From Octopus bimaculoides (lineage: Eukaryota), in NCBI RefSeq assembly GCF_001194135.2, contig NC_068996.1, positions 45,141,299 to 45,199,722 on the forward strand: a stretch of 58,424 nucleotides of DNA, in the 5' to 3' direction. Position 1 is the first letter of the stretch. Each line of letters opens with the position of its first letter. The notes beneath the pieces are model-generated. The model was given only the letters and a program-made list of their open reading frames with translations, did not search any database and was not told the DNA's origin. Below are positions 39,371 through 50,950 of this stretch, piece after piece. A program made the translations under genes and the position numbers.

Positions 39371-39900
39371 TCAACAGCATACGCCATCTTGATAAACAAT
39401 AACATTATCATTTTTTTCTACGAACATATCTAATTGCTTCCTAAGACATGGCGCTAGTTGTTCAAATTCCATATGGAATCTACGCCTAACTAAAAGACCC
39501 ATTGCTTTATTTATCATATTAACTTCTCTTGATTGATAACACATTTCTATGTGATGATATGCATCGTTTGAAAACAATTTATCAAAATGATTCATGCCAG
39601 AAAGGAATGAAATATTAGTTCAGCATTTGGAGTTGGGAGTAAAGATTTGGATAAGAATAAGAGCAAATTCTTCCATCTTCACCTACTGTAGAATGTTTGC
39701 CTATTTCGAGATCGCTATCCACCTTTTACAAAACCACTAACAGACAGTCTCTTTTAGTCTCTCCAGGAGGAACTTTAATTAAAAGACCTTCAGTACTTAG
39801 CATCCCTGTCTTCGCTCAGAATAAGGTGTATTGGTTTTCATCGTGCTTCAGGCTAAAATTGCTTGAAATATTCTTGTGGGGGTAGGGAATGTTAGGCCTA
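39371..39900 (-). mobile_element. Possible upstream part of the same integrase-bearing element (zinc-binding region)
   Basis: YHH..INKAMGLLVRRRFHM..LRKQLDMFVEK loosely resembles HHCC-region H.G..KT..L.RRF.W; same strand and upstream of the core relic. Confidence 0.3.
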
Positions 39901-40775
39901 GAACCTCTTACCATACTATTTCTTCTAACGTTTCAGTCTTATGAATTATTGTTGCTATATGACCATGCATCATGTCCGTTTTTCTTTCCTATTCTAAATT
40001 CAGGAATAGAACTCTTTTCTAGTCTTTCACCTGTTTGAATTAACGTGTTGAACTTCCTCATCATTTCTACAAGTAATCCATTAAATTGTTTTAATTTGCG
40101 ATCACATTTAATTAAATTTGATATTCAAATTCACTTAGATGCTCTAAATTATTATAATTACCTGCCCAGCCATTATCAGCTTGTAATCGATTTTATTCTT
40201 TTCTTCCACATATTCAAAAACACGTCTTGTCGAACGTAGGATATATTGATGGTGCATGTTTATATACTTAAAGGCAGCATTTAGAATCAAATTCGCGACT
40301 TATGTGCTGTTTAAATCAACTCATAACTCAGTGACATTTTCAAAATTATACCTATTTTCTTTTATTATTTTCCCAATCACTTGAAATCATGTCAAACTGA
40401 TAAATGAATTCAGTGGGCCCATTAAATTTTAAACACCTGACTGAACATATTCAAATGATTTTAGATGATATCCAAATGATTGCATATTATTTAGCAGCCC
40501 CATTTCAACTACATTAACTCCTGCCCTTTGTCCTTTAGTCCTGATTTTATCAAATTCGCAAAAGTGAATCGATTCACGAAATCGTTGAGAATAACTTTGA
40601 ATTCAATCCCAAAATTTACTCAATACTATACTAATTTTATTATAAAAAGTGTGATAGTTGCAGTAATTTTACATTTCATTTTGGAACAAACTATCGCATT
40701 CGTTTCATTCTTTCAAGTTCCAAAATTTTACTTAATTTAAGATGATCGAAATTTTTCGTATAGCTAGCGAACTTG

Positions 40776-40809
<34 letters not shown>

Positions 40810-40819
40810 CTTTATTAGG

Positions 40820-40985
40820 AAGCAGCAAAAATATCACAAAAACTGTTACTCAGAGTTTCACGTTTCCGTTCGACGAACAGTTTGTTTACAATCACTTGTA
40901 ATCATGTTTAGATTCTAAACAAAACTGTCCGACGAACGGAAACGTGAAACTCTGAGTAACAGTTTTTGTGATACTTTTGCTGCTT
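40820..40985. repeat. ~166-bp palindrome with ~70-bp arms, each containing a hammerhead-like motif
   Basis: 40820-40888 vs reverse complement of 40916-40985: 66/70 identical by manual alignment; 27-nt spacer. Confidence 0.9.
40921..40966 (+). ncRNA. Candidate minimal type I hammerhead ribozyme (PLE-type, U4C core variant)
   Basis: aaaactgt CCGACGA acg-gaaa-cgt GAAA ctc-t-gag TA acagtttt: 8-bp stem I, 3-bp stem II with GAAA loop, near-palindromic stem III with 1-nt loop, GUA triplet (cleavage after 40958). Confidence 0.6.
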
Positions 40986-41310
40986 TTCAATGAGACGCCA
41001 TGATTAATCGCTGACCGAACACCATTCAATTTTTTTTTCCGTGTTTTTCTCCTTGNNNNNNNNNNNNNNNNNNNNNNNNNNNNNNNNNNNNNNNNNNNNN
41101 NNNNNNNNNNNNNNNNNNNNNNNNNNNNNNNNNNNNNNNNNNNNNNNNNNNNNNNNNNNNNNNNNNNNNNNNNNNNNNNNNNNNNNNNNNNNNNNNNNNN
41201 NNNNNNNNNNNNNNNNNNNNNNNNNNNNNNNNNNNNNNNNNNNNNNNNNNNNNNNNNNNNNNNNNNNNNNNNNNNNNNNNNNNNNNNNNNNNNNNNNNNN
41301 NNNNNNNNNN

Positions 41311-41357
<47 letters not shown>

Positions 41358-41654
41358 CTTTGTGTGCGTGTGTACATATTTGTTACCTGTCTTGCATTCC
41401 TAATATCCGGAATATCTAATTCACTGATAAACGTGTCATATCAGCGTCAACGAATAATAAGTTAACGGTCCATGCCATTTACGTATCATACACCATCATA
41501 CAATATCAAAATACAAACTATAGTAACAATTTTTTTTCTTTTCTCTTGTAGATTCAATTGAGTAACGAACTGGCTTCATCGAACTAGTAGCAAACTTAAA
41601 TAGTTCTTATCACAAGCACGTATGCAAAACGCTCGCAGTAACATTAATATAAGA

Positions 41655-41967
41655 ACAAATCTTAGTTAACCATCGGTTGATCCGATCACGCGGAAAAGCC
41701 TGGTCGTGAAACTGATGTGCAATTTAATGAGCGCTCCACAGATACATGTACCCTTAACGTAAATCTCAGGGAGAGTTAGCGTGACACAGAATGTAACAAG
41801 GCTTGCTCTTTGAAATATAGGTACTACTCATTTTTGCCAGCTGAATGGAGTGAGGGGCTTGTGAAATAAATTGCCTTGCTCAAGGCCACAGCGCGCTACC
41901 GGTTATCGAACTCAGAAACTTACGACCATGAGCCGAATAGCCTAACCACTAAGATACGCACCTTCCA
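41655..41967 (-). mobile_element. tRNA-like SINE family D variant, decayed
   Basis: gttgatccgatc..acagatacatgtacccttaacgt..gcgtgacacaga shared with 52420-52773; minus-strand head ggtgcgtatcttagtggttagg..gagttcgataacc. Confidence 0.7.
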
Positions 41968-44959
41968 TAACTTAACTATGAAAACATATGTTTAAACGAT
42001 AGGGTGTCGACTGAGGATGATTTAACTGGTATTTATTAGTTTGGTGACCATGTAGAAACATACTCATTGGCTAATGTCCAAATTTTGTCCGCTGCGAGAA
42101 ATTTCAATCGAATGAAATTATGTATTTCAACCATCACTATATATTTACTTACATGATTTTAATGTTATTATAGTTGTTGTTTAACATAATTCTAAAATAA
42201 TGAAGAATAAATTAGAATTTGAAAGAAATTGAATGTGGAAGGTAGAACAACGAATGCAAATACCGTAGAATGTATGGTTCGGCGCACAAATAACATGGTT
42301 ACCAGCTATTTATACTTTGGCATTTAACCTTCGGAGGTGGATGGCTTATGCGCGTTTAACTGTCATTGGTGTCACGATTTGTATGTCAATCTACTTAGCT
42401 GAGTTGTGAATTACAGCTTTCTGTTAAGTATTTCCACTACATTTCTCTTTCAACCATCGATTTCCGAGACTTCATATGCAATGCTGTTTGTTGCTGGATT
42501 GGTAAACTCCTTCCCTCTTTATAAACGCAAGTAATTTTCTCTAATTGCCCATCTGTCTGTTTGTAAGTCTGTCTGTCTGTCTATGTAAGTATGTATGTAT
42601 GTATGTATGTATGTATGTATGTATGTATGTATGCATGCATGCATGCATGCATGTCTGTGTATGTGTGTGTGCTTTTGTTAAAAAATATATATTGCTAATA
42701 AAGAGCGCGTAAAAATTAAAACTAACTTGTGCGATAGTAATTACTCAGTGCATTTAAGTTTCTTTGAAATTTTTAATTTTGAAAGTAATAATTGTCATAT
42801 GGTCCCAGGTTTTCTGAAGTTCTAACGGTTTTAAATACATATTGCTTCTTCAATTCTTGAAGTATTGTAGCATCTGATGCGCATAAATCCTAATTATTTC
42901 AAAATGCATCTGCAATAATCTGGTGTTGGTAAGTTTTCGCACGCGCCAGAGTTATAGCTCAAAAATAAAAAAAAAAAAAATAAAAACAAACTTAGCTTTC
43001 ACTCGGAGTACACGGTTGGTTTTTTTTTTTTTTTTCCTTTTCAGGAGTTTATCTGTGATTTAATTTGAGTGTTTTTTGCTTCTTCTTTTTGTTTGTTTTT
43101 TTTTTAACGAACAGTTGTCAACGATTTTTCTCAAATCTTTAACGATGCATTCAGGTGAAAAGGGCATCAGCTAACCGGATACACAAATCATGTCTTCAAC
43201 TGCCGCTTGCCACTATCACAGCTACAGGTCAAGATTTCAACAAACAAAAATAATGAAGAGATGGATGAAGTGGAAAAAATGCAGAAAACAAAAACAATAA
43301 AAAGCATTTTGCAAGTACAAATGACAACATAAAAAATGAGTTTAACGGCAAGATGTTAAGAATAATATCTATAAAAAAAGCGCAATAAATATAACGAAAA
43401 CTAATTTCCGGTACTAAGAAAATTATGCTTAAAGAAATCGACAATCGAGCTTCGCAAAATAATTAAATAAATAAATAAATGAATGAATGAATAAATAAAT
43501 AAATGAATAAATAAATACATAAACCTCTGCTACACAGCAACGGAGAGGAAAAATTCTGAATCCTTTCGTAATTTTAACTTCATAAAAAATTTAATCTTTT
43601 AAAGATTATGATTTTTATAGATAGAGTTGACCGTAAGGTACAATTTTATTAAAATTTATTGGTTATTTCCTCCATATTTACTCATCGCTACTATATACTC
43701 TCTTCCTCAGTTAGGAGTTATAGAGATACCAATGACTAGTAAGCTTAGGATATTAAAAACTGTCATGGCAACCTGTTTAAGAAGTCCGCTTCCGCAAAAT
43801 GTTACTTTGGGTTCGATAATTTATTATCGTTGAAATTTGTTTTTTTAGACGGAATTTCTGTGTAAACCTATCTGACTTTCCTTATATAAACAACATGCAT
43901 CATGGAGTGGGAAACTTGCATGCATAAATCTTGCCTGCACCTGAGCATACATGTACAAAGCTATAGCTATTTAGCAGTAGTGCACAAGTGATTATATAGA
44001 GCCCAGGTTGTTTTTGACGGGTACTTTAATTAATCGAGCCTTGTAAAGATAAAAGATGAAATTGACCAGATCGGGATTTCAAATTAGTTACAAAGAGCCG
44101 TGATACTCTACCAATTCCGATGTCTGTCGTCTTTTTTGTATGTAGTGCAAAACTAAATGTCTTTGAAGTAAGAGGTGTGGTCATATAACTCAACTCCCGT
44201 ATTTGACCAGAATAGGTTATTTGTTTGATTCTAGAGAGGATGAGAAATAAACCTGAACTTCGTGGAACTTAACTCGCGAAGTATTTTGTTCAATACTGTA
44301 ACAATTCTATTATAATACAAAAGACGTTTTGCTGCAACCGTGGACTAACACATAATTTCACTTAGCAGAACACAACCATAACAGAATCTGCAATAGAAGA
44401 CAAATTTGATTGAGCCACTACATAGGCAATCAATCGGCTAGAATTGTCACTGAAACGGCCCTGAAATGAAACATACCTACAGTTAGATTTTAAATTGTAG
44501 ATATGTTGCGGTCAGTTTTCGAACATGTTTCTGATAGCCTCCTGCAGCTAGGCGAATGCGTTCGAGATACTGGATCTTGTTTTTTTTGTTTTTTTTCTGG
44601 CTCTATCTCTTTTACGATGGTGCTGTTGAAAGGTGTTCTCTCAAATATAACTCAAAAACCTTCACTGCATAACCAATGTTTTATGTCATAGGGATTTCTT
44701 ACACATTAAATGTGACGGTTATGGTGCCATAACTGTCACATTTAAATTGGAAGTTTCTAGTCAGAATTTTGAGCGCCAACGGTCATTCGTAAATATATCT
44801 TATATCGCCTACGGCCTTTTTTATGTGAGAAATATATGATATCGTTGTCAATGATTCACTATGGTTTAAAAGATAATTTGAGATGCTCACGACATGAATT
44901 TATTCTTTACTATAGGTGAGCTCGATCAGGATTGAACTGAAGCTAACAACAACGGCATC

Positions 44960-45630
44960 AATAATGTGACTGGTTACCTCATATTGGACACCAGAATATG
45001 CATGGAAATATGCTCGAGTAAATAACTAACTACCACTATCTCTGTCATTGAAAACTTTATAAAGGAATGGAGGAAAACATCTTCAGATAAAAAAAAATTA
45101 AATGTAAGAAGAGGAAAGAACAAAAATATTGTGACCCTCTGGAATATATGCAAATACGAACAAATAAAAAGATAGAAAATGAGCAGTCCTTCGTATCACT
45201 ATAAAAAGACAGGATATCTACGTCTTTGATACATATTAATGTATTTTCACCAACGGCCAATAATAACGTTGTGAATTGAAAAGGGTTGAAAAACTCTCCA
45301 AATATAAAAGACTGAAAATAGAAATATTGAAGATATGGAATATGGAATGGATATGACAACAGCTCCTGTAATTATAGGAGTTGTTGGGAACAAAGCAGAA
45401 AATATAGCATGGTACAAAGCAGAAATAAAGTTTATAAACAAAACAGAAAACAAAACTTAAAAAATAAACAAAAAAAACGATATCGAAGAACAATAACGTA
45501 AAAACAAAAAACGAAACAAAACAAAACAAAACAAAACCCCCATTAAGTTCAGAAGATAGCAGCCATAGGATGTTATCATATTCCGCGATAAATATTGTGA
45601 AAGAAATCTAATAATAATAATAATAATAAT
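44960..45630 (+). mobile_element. 3' end of R4/Dong-like RLE LINE, decayed, with (AAT)n tail
   Basis: EKLSKYKRLKIEILKIWNM, TAPVIIGVVG, VQKIAAIGCYHI, then aataataataataataat at ~45608-45630. Confidence 0.65.
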
Positions 45631-46039
45631 TAGAAAGAGGAAGGGGTACAGGAAGAGAAAAAAGAAAAAAGGAAAGGAAGAAGGAAAAAAGAAGGAAAGA
45701 ATAGATATACGCAAATATAGTTCATATTAATAGCTTCTCGTTGTTGTTTAGCTACAGGCTAGATCAGATCGAGAAGACCGATGATCAAAGGCATTGAAAT
45801 CATGATCAATCCCCCTTTCGCAGATACAACGTGTCTTTCATTTATTGAAGACGGTACTGGGTGATTTGGAAGAGATTCGGTTGTCAGTTCCAAAACAGAT
45901 TGATCGACCACGTGGTAATTCAATTGTTGGATTAATAAAAGCACAAAAGTTTCTTACGATAGACGTACTGTAAACAGGCCTCGACTCTTGTAGTAGTAGT
46001 AGTAGTAGTAGGGCGATGAATGAGAGGGACGATGCAAAG

Positions 46040-46385
46040 ACATATCGGAGACTCCCTTCGGTCATGAATGACCATGGAATTGCACCTAGAAAGCTACCCT
46101 CCGAGGCACAAGTCCGGGCAAGGTTGTTTATGGAAGACCAGCAGTCGCCCTTGCATGCCAACCACTTCTCTCCATGCCACTGATGTTATCCAAGGGAAAG
46201 GTAAAGGGGTCGATACAGCTTGGTACCTGTGACGTCCCAACTCATTTCTACAGCTGAGTGAAACTGGAGGACGTGAAATAAAGTGTCTTGCTCAAAACAC
46301 AATACGCAGCCCGGTCCGGGATTCGAACTCACAACCTCACGGGCGTAAGTTCGATGCTCTACCCACTGAGCCATGTGCCTTCACA
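46040..46385 (-). mobile_element. SINE family C, full length
   Basis: Reverse complement of 15541-15835 family; minus head ggcacatggctcagtgggtagagcatcg..gagttcgaatcccgg. Confidence 0.85.
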
Positions 46386-46524
46386 CAAAGACATATAAAG
46401 TGTGTGTATTTACATAGAATGAAAATGATTAAAAAATGGTATACGTTGCATTCGAATTTTTTTTTAAAAACAGCAAATTGATGATGATAGTGTAATCCTA
46501 CTGATGCAGCAGGACTTTCTAGAG

Positions 46525-47076
46525 CATTGGTTCTCAACCAGGGTCCAAATGACCCCTGAGGGCCTATATGAGATTTGGGGGATTCCACATAACAACATAG
46601 TAAATCGGGGATCCACAATAGTATTTTAAGGGATCTCTGAAAAACTTTTGCTTTTGATGTACGTATTGGTATGTATTGCAAGAAACAGCTAGGTTTCTTT
46701 CTCTAACATTTTACGTTGTTCAACCTGCACCAGTTAATGTGTGAAAAACAAAAGAGAAATTTTGAAAGAAGTTTCTGTAAAGCTAGTTTTTAAACATCGA
46801 ATGGCTATGGTTTCCACCAGAATAAAATAGTAAGCAAAGGGGTCCATGGATGAAAAAATGATTGAGAACCTCTGCTTTAGATGTATGTATTGGTATGTAT
46901 TATATGAAACAGCTGGGTTTCTTTTTCTAACATTTCACGTATTTCAACGCACACAAGTTAATATGTGGAAAAATAAAATACGAATTTTGAAAGAAGTTTT
47001 TAAACATTGAATGGCCACATAATAAAATAGTAATCAAAGGGGTCCATAGATAAAAAAAAATAGCCGAGAACACCTG
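46525..47076. mobile_element. hAT-superfamily non-autonomous element with 8-bp TSD (ttctagag) and internally duplicated 3' half
   Basis: TSD at 46517-46524 and 47077-47084; left TIR cattggttctcaacc; right TIR-like gattgagaacctctg (46860-46874) and gccgagaacacctg (47063-47076); 46651-46874 repeated at 46875-47076. Confidence 0.8.
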
Positions 47077-47137
47077 TTCTAGAGCAATTCAAGGAACTCA
47101 CTATCCAAGGATTCTCTGAACCAATGGCAAAGAACTT

Positions 47138-47493
47138 TCTTCTACTTGTTTCAGTCATTTGACTGCAGTCATGCTGGGGCACCGCCTTGAAGAATTTTTA
47201 TTCGAATGAATCGACCCCACGACTTATTTGTTAAACCAAGAACTTATTCTATTGGTCCTTTTGCCGAGGCGCTTAAGTTACAGGGATATCTCACCAACAC
47301 TTGTTGTCAAACAGTGGGTGGGGGACAAAGAACACACCCACCCATACATATAAACTCAATCGATTTTTATCAGTTTCCGTAAACCAAACCCACGAACAAG
47401 GCTTTGGTTGTCTCAAAGCTGTAGTAGAAGACACTTGCCAAAGGTGCCACAGAAAAGGACTGAACCCAGAACCATGTGGTTGGGAGGCAAGTT

Positions 47494-47541
<48 letters not shown>

Positions 47542-47637
47542 CAGTAGACATTTGTCCAAGGTGCCATGAAGTAAGATTGAACCTGGCGCCATGTGATTGG
47601 GAAGCAAGCTTCTTAGCACAAAGCCACGCCTGCGCCT
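47138..47637 (-). mobile_element. SINE family A full copy plus a second 5' head separated by (CA)n
   Basis: Reverse complement of family A; second head at 47543-47637. Confidence 0.8.
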
Positions 47638-47920
47638 GTTTGTTTATTTACTTATTAACTTGTTCATCGCCGGCTTGATTACTACTCGCTGGCGAAAAGC
47701 CATCATAGGTCTGTACTGCGTGAAAGCACGTTCAGGATGTGTGTCACATACACAGTCACGTGCACACATACACATAATCTCGGACAGGTAGACCGACAGA
47801 CAGACATGAATACACACATACACACACACAGACACAAATATAACTTTCCGAAGTACCGTGTTGTTTACAGGATTAAATTAAACTTGACTTTAAACAGGCG
47901 GAAAAACACGAAGGTGTAGA

Positions 47921-47921
<1 letters not shown>

Positions 47922-47969
<48 letters not shown>

Positions 47970-48280
47970 ATGATGGTGGTGATGAGGAAGAGGACGAGGA
48001 GGACTAGAGGAGGACAAAGGGAAGGACGAGGACGAAGGGGAGGTGAAGGAGGACGACAACGATGACTAACGATGATGATGGTGGTGGTGGTGGTGGTGGT
48101 GAGAACGATGGGGGTGATAGTGTACGTTGTAGTTTGGTGGTGCTGGTGGTAATGGTGGCAGTGGCGAGGACAACGGCGGTGGCGGTGATGATTGTTGCTG
48201 TAGTGATGGTGTTGGTGATGACAATGGTGAGGACGACGGTAGTGATGGTTGTGGTGGCGGTGGATGATTTTGTTGGTGGT
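47922..48280 (+). repeat. Compound (CTG)n/(GAT)n/(GGA)n/(GGT)n trinucleotide tract
   Basis: Direct reading. Confidence 0.9.
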
Positions 48281-48905
48281 AAGTGCCAGCGAAACAAGCT
48301 AGAAAGATTACAGAAGCACAGTTTAGACATAAGTAATAATAAAAGACAAAAAAAAAAAATCATTTAGAAATAAGCCATCAATTTAAAAGAAAATATAAGA
48401 AGGAAATCAGATTGAGGAAAACACTGTGCTACATTAAACAATCAGACACAATGCACCTTTATCGAAATAGACGGTCTGATAAGATAAAGGATAAAGGCCA
48501 TCAAGATCCCAAGACGTTCGTTGAATTTTAACTACAGGAAGATCATTGAAAGGTCAATAATATGAACAGCTTTTAATGTAAGTTTTCTTCACTCACACCG
48601 TATAAGAATAGATAAGGATTGCAATAACATTCAGAATCAATTTGCTAATGTCTTCTCCGTAAATGGTTTTAAAGAGAGGACAAGCAATGGTTGCGAATGC
48701 GTTGAGTGCCAATATTTCTCTCGTAATGTGAAAAGACGAGTTTGTATGTAAATATATATATGTGTGTACGTATGTTTGGCTCAGTGTATGTATGTATGTA
48801 TGTATGTATGTATGTATGTATGTATGACTATAAAAACATACATATATATGTATATATACATACAAACGTCTATAAACGTATCTAATATATATATGTGCGT
48901 AATGA

Positions 48906-48949
48906 TAATAATAATAATAACAATAATAATAATAATAATAATAATAATA

Positions 48950-48997
<48 letters not shown>
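48906..48997. repeat. (AAT)n directly abutting (TTA)n: microsatellite palindrome
   Basis: Switch at 48950/48951 with no spacer. Confidence 0.9.
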
Positions 48998-49082
48998 GTT
49001 GTTGTTGTTGTTATTATCATCATCATCATCATGTTTTCTCTTCCCGGGTTATCTATGTGAAGCATCAGCTCTTTTCTGCAGC

Positions 49083-49278
49083 TTAGAGACACAACGCATT
49101 CATCAATATATGTGCTGCTCCGACAATTGCTGCAAACTGTGTAATTCCTAAGAAGTTTGGTATTTCCAGCTCTCCAAGCCGGAATATTGCTTTCTTTGAG
49201 AAGGTCTCAAATTCACCGATCGCGATAGGTATCATATTCACTCTTGAGCCTCTATAGATGCGTTTCACACCCAATGTG
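49083..49278 (-). mobile_element. 3' end of R4/Dong-like RLE LINE
   Basis: MIPIAIGEFETFSKKAIFRLGELEIPNFLGITQFAAIVGAAHILMNALCL* matches VIP.VIGALG..Q.AA.LGTAHILR.VL. Confidence 0.7.
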
Positions 49279-49289
49279 TTATTATTATC

Positions 49290-49346
<57 letters not shown>

Positions 49347-49353
49347 GATATTA

Positions 49354-50031
49354 TCATACATATTAAAACTGAAAATGTCTGTGTGTGTGTATCGGTATGT
49401 CCTCGTTTTGCGGCGAAACGGCTCGACCGATTTTTCTTAAACTTCACACGGACATTGCTTATGTGTCTGGGGAGGTTTTAAGTATAAATTGATTTCGAAA
49501 AAATGTTCGGGTAAACGGCGGGAGGAATAACATTTGAGCGTGAGTGAACGGTGAGTGTAATTATTTTTAAACTTCCAAGGGAAATATCTCGTCCCCTCCG
49601 GGAAATAACCACCAAGGGAAATAATCCATTCATTTCCAGTTTGTTTATTTTTATAGTATTTGAACTATTTTAGTTATTTTCTCAATTTATCCAATACAAC
49701 GCTTAAACAAATAATATCCTCTTAAACTTATTTCCACTTATTTCGATCGTATATATGTGTATGTTTGTGCATGTGTGTGCATGTGTCTTGTGTTTCTACC
49801 CCCACCATTGCTTGACAACTGATTTTGCTGTGTTAGAATTCCTGTAACTTAGCGGTTTGGTAAAAGACACTGACAGAATGAGTACTAAGCTAATAAAGAA
49901 TAAATCCTGTGGTTGATTTCTTCGACCAATGGCGGTGCTCCAATATGGCCGCAGTCACATGACTGCAACAAGTAAAAACAATAAAAATCTATGTCGTTTT
50001 AATCCCGAGCAAGGCCGGGTATTTCCGCTAG
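49354..50031 (+). mobile_element. Non-autonomous Helitron, apparently complete, with a nested SINE A 3' half (~49755-49985)
   Basis: 5' A|TC at 49353/49354; 3' GC hairpin cccg-agcaaggc-cggg (50004-50019) then CTAG|T (50028-50032); no TSD. Confidence 0.7.
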
Positions 50032-50042
50032 TTATTATTATT

Positions 50043-50142
50043 ACCAGTTAATCACTGGGGTCGTTGTAATCGACTTAATCCTCTCGTCTGTCCTTGTTTG
50101 TCCCCTCTATGCTTAGCCCCCCGTGGGCAATAAAGAAATAAA
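50043..50142 (+). mobile_element. SINE family B, 3' half
   Basis: ccagttaatcactggggtcg..tgtccttgtttgtcccctctatgcttagcccc..ggcaataaagaaata. Confidence 0.8.
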
Positions 50143-50175
50143 TTATTATTATTAGTAGTAGTAGTCATGACAAAC

Positions 50176-50316
50176 ATCGCGATTCGATTGTAATAGCTAT
50201 TTTATTGGCTGAATGTTACTTCGACAGTAAATCTGTCTTTGTGAACTTGTCAAAGACAGACTTACTGTTGAAATATTGTTCAACCAATAAAATATCTATT
50301 ACAATCGAATCGCGAT
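50176..50316. repeat. 141-nt foldback hairpin (66-bp arms, 9-nt loop)
   Basis: 50176-50241 pairs with 50251-50316 without gaps; few mismatches, several G-U compatible. Confidence 0.9.
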
Positions 50317-50375
50317 CTTCGTATTAATTGTTTTCATTTGTGAAGAGTTACGTCAATCCTTTTAACATATTATTA

Positions 50376-50439
<64 letters not shown>

Positions 50440-50861
50440 TACTATAATCATCATTTTTACTTTTAATCTGCATCTTTGCTATAGTCACTCGCCGAGACAC
50501 ACCCAGCGTCCTGGGGTGAGTGAAGGATAAGAGATGTTGCAATATGACTGAAAACTTGGGGAGGGGAGGTGGTGAAATAGATGGGATTTTTCTAAGGATA
50601 TAAGCAGTACTTGTTTTTACAATCTTTTGTATTTCTCTGAGACATGGTTCTCCTGAGATCTTATCTAGATATTTCTGACAACTCTTTTTTTTATCATAGC
50701 TAGGGCACCTACAAAAACAAGAACAGTTCTTGCTTTAAGATACATCTTTTGTATTTCAATTTCCAGGTCCTTATATTTACTTAGTTTTTTAAATTCTTTA
50801 ACAGATATACATTTATCAGTGGGGACACTTACATCCATTAGTGTACAAGAATTTTCTTCCC

Positions 50862-50950
<89 letters not shown>

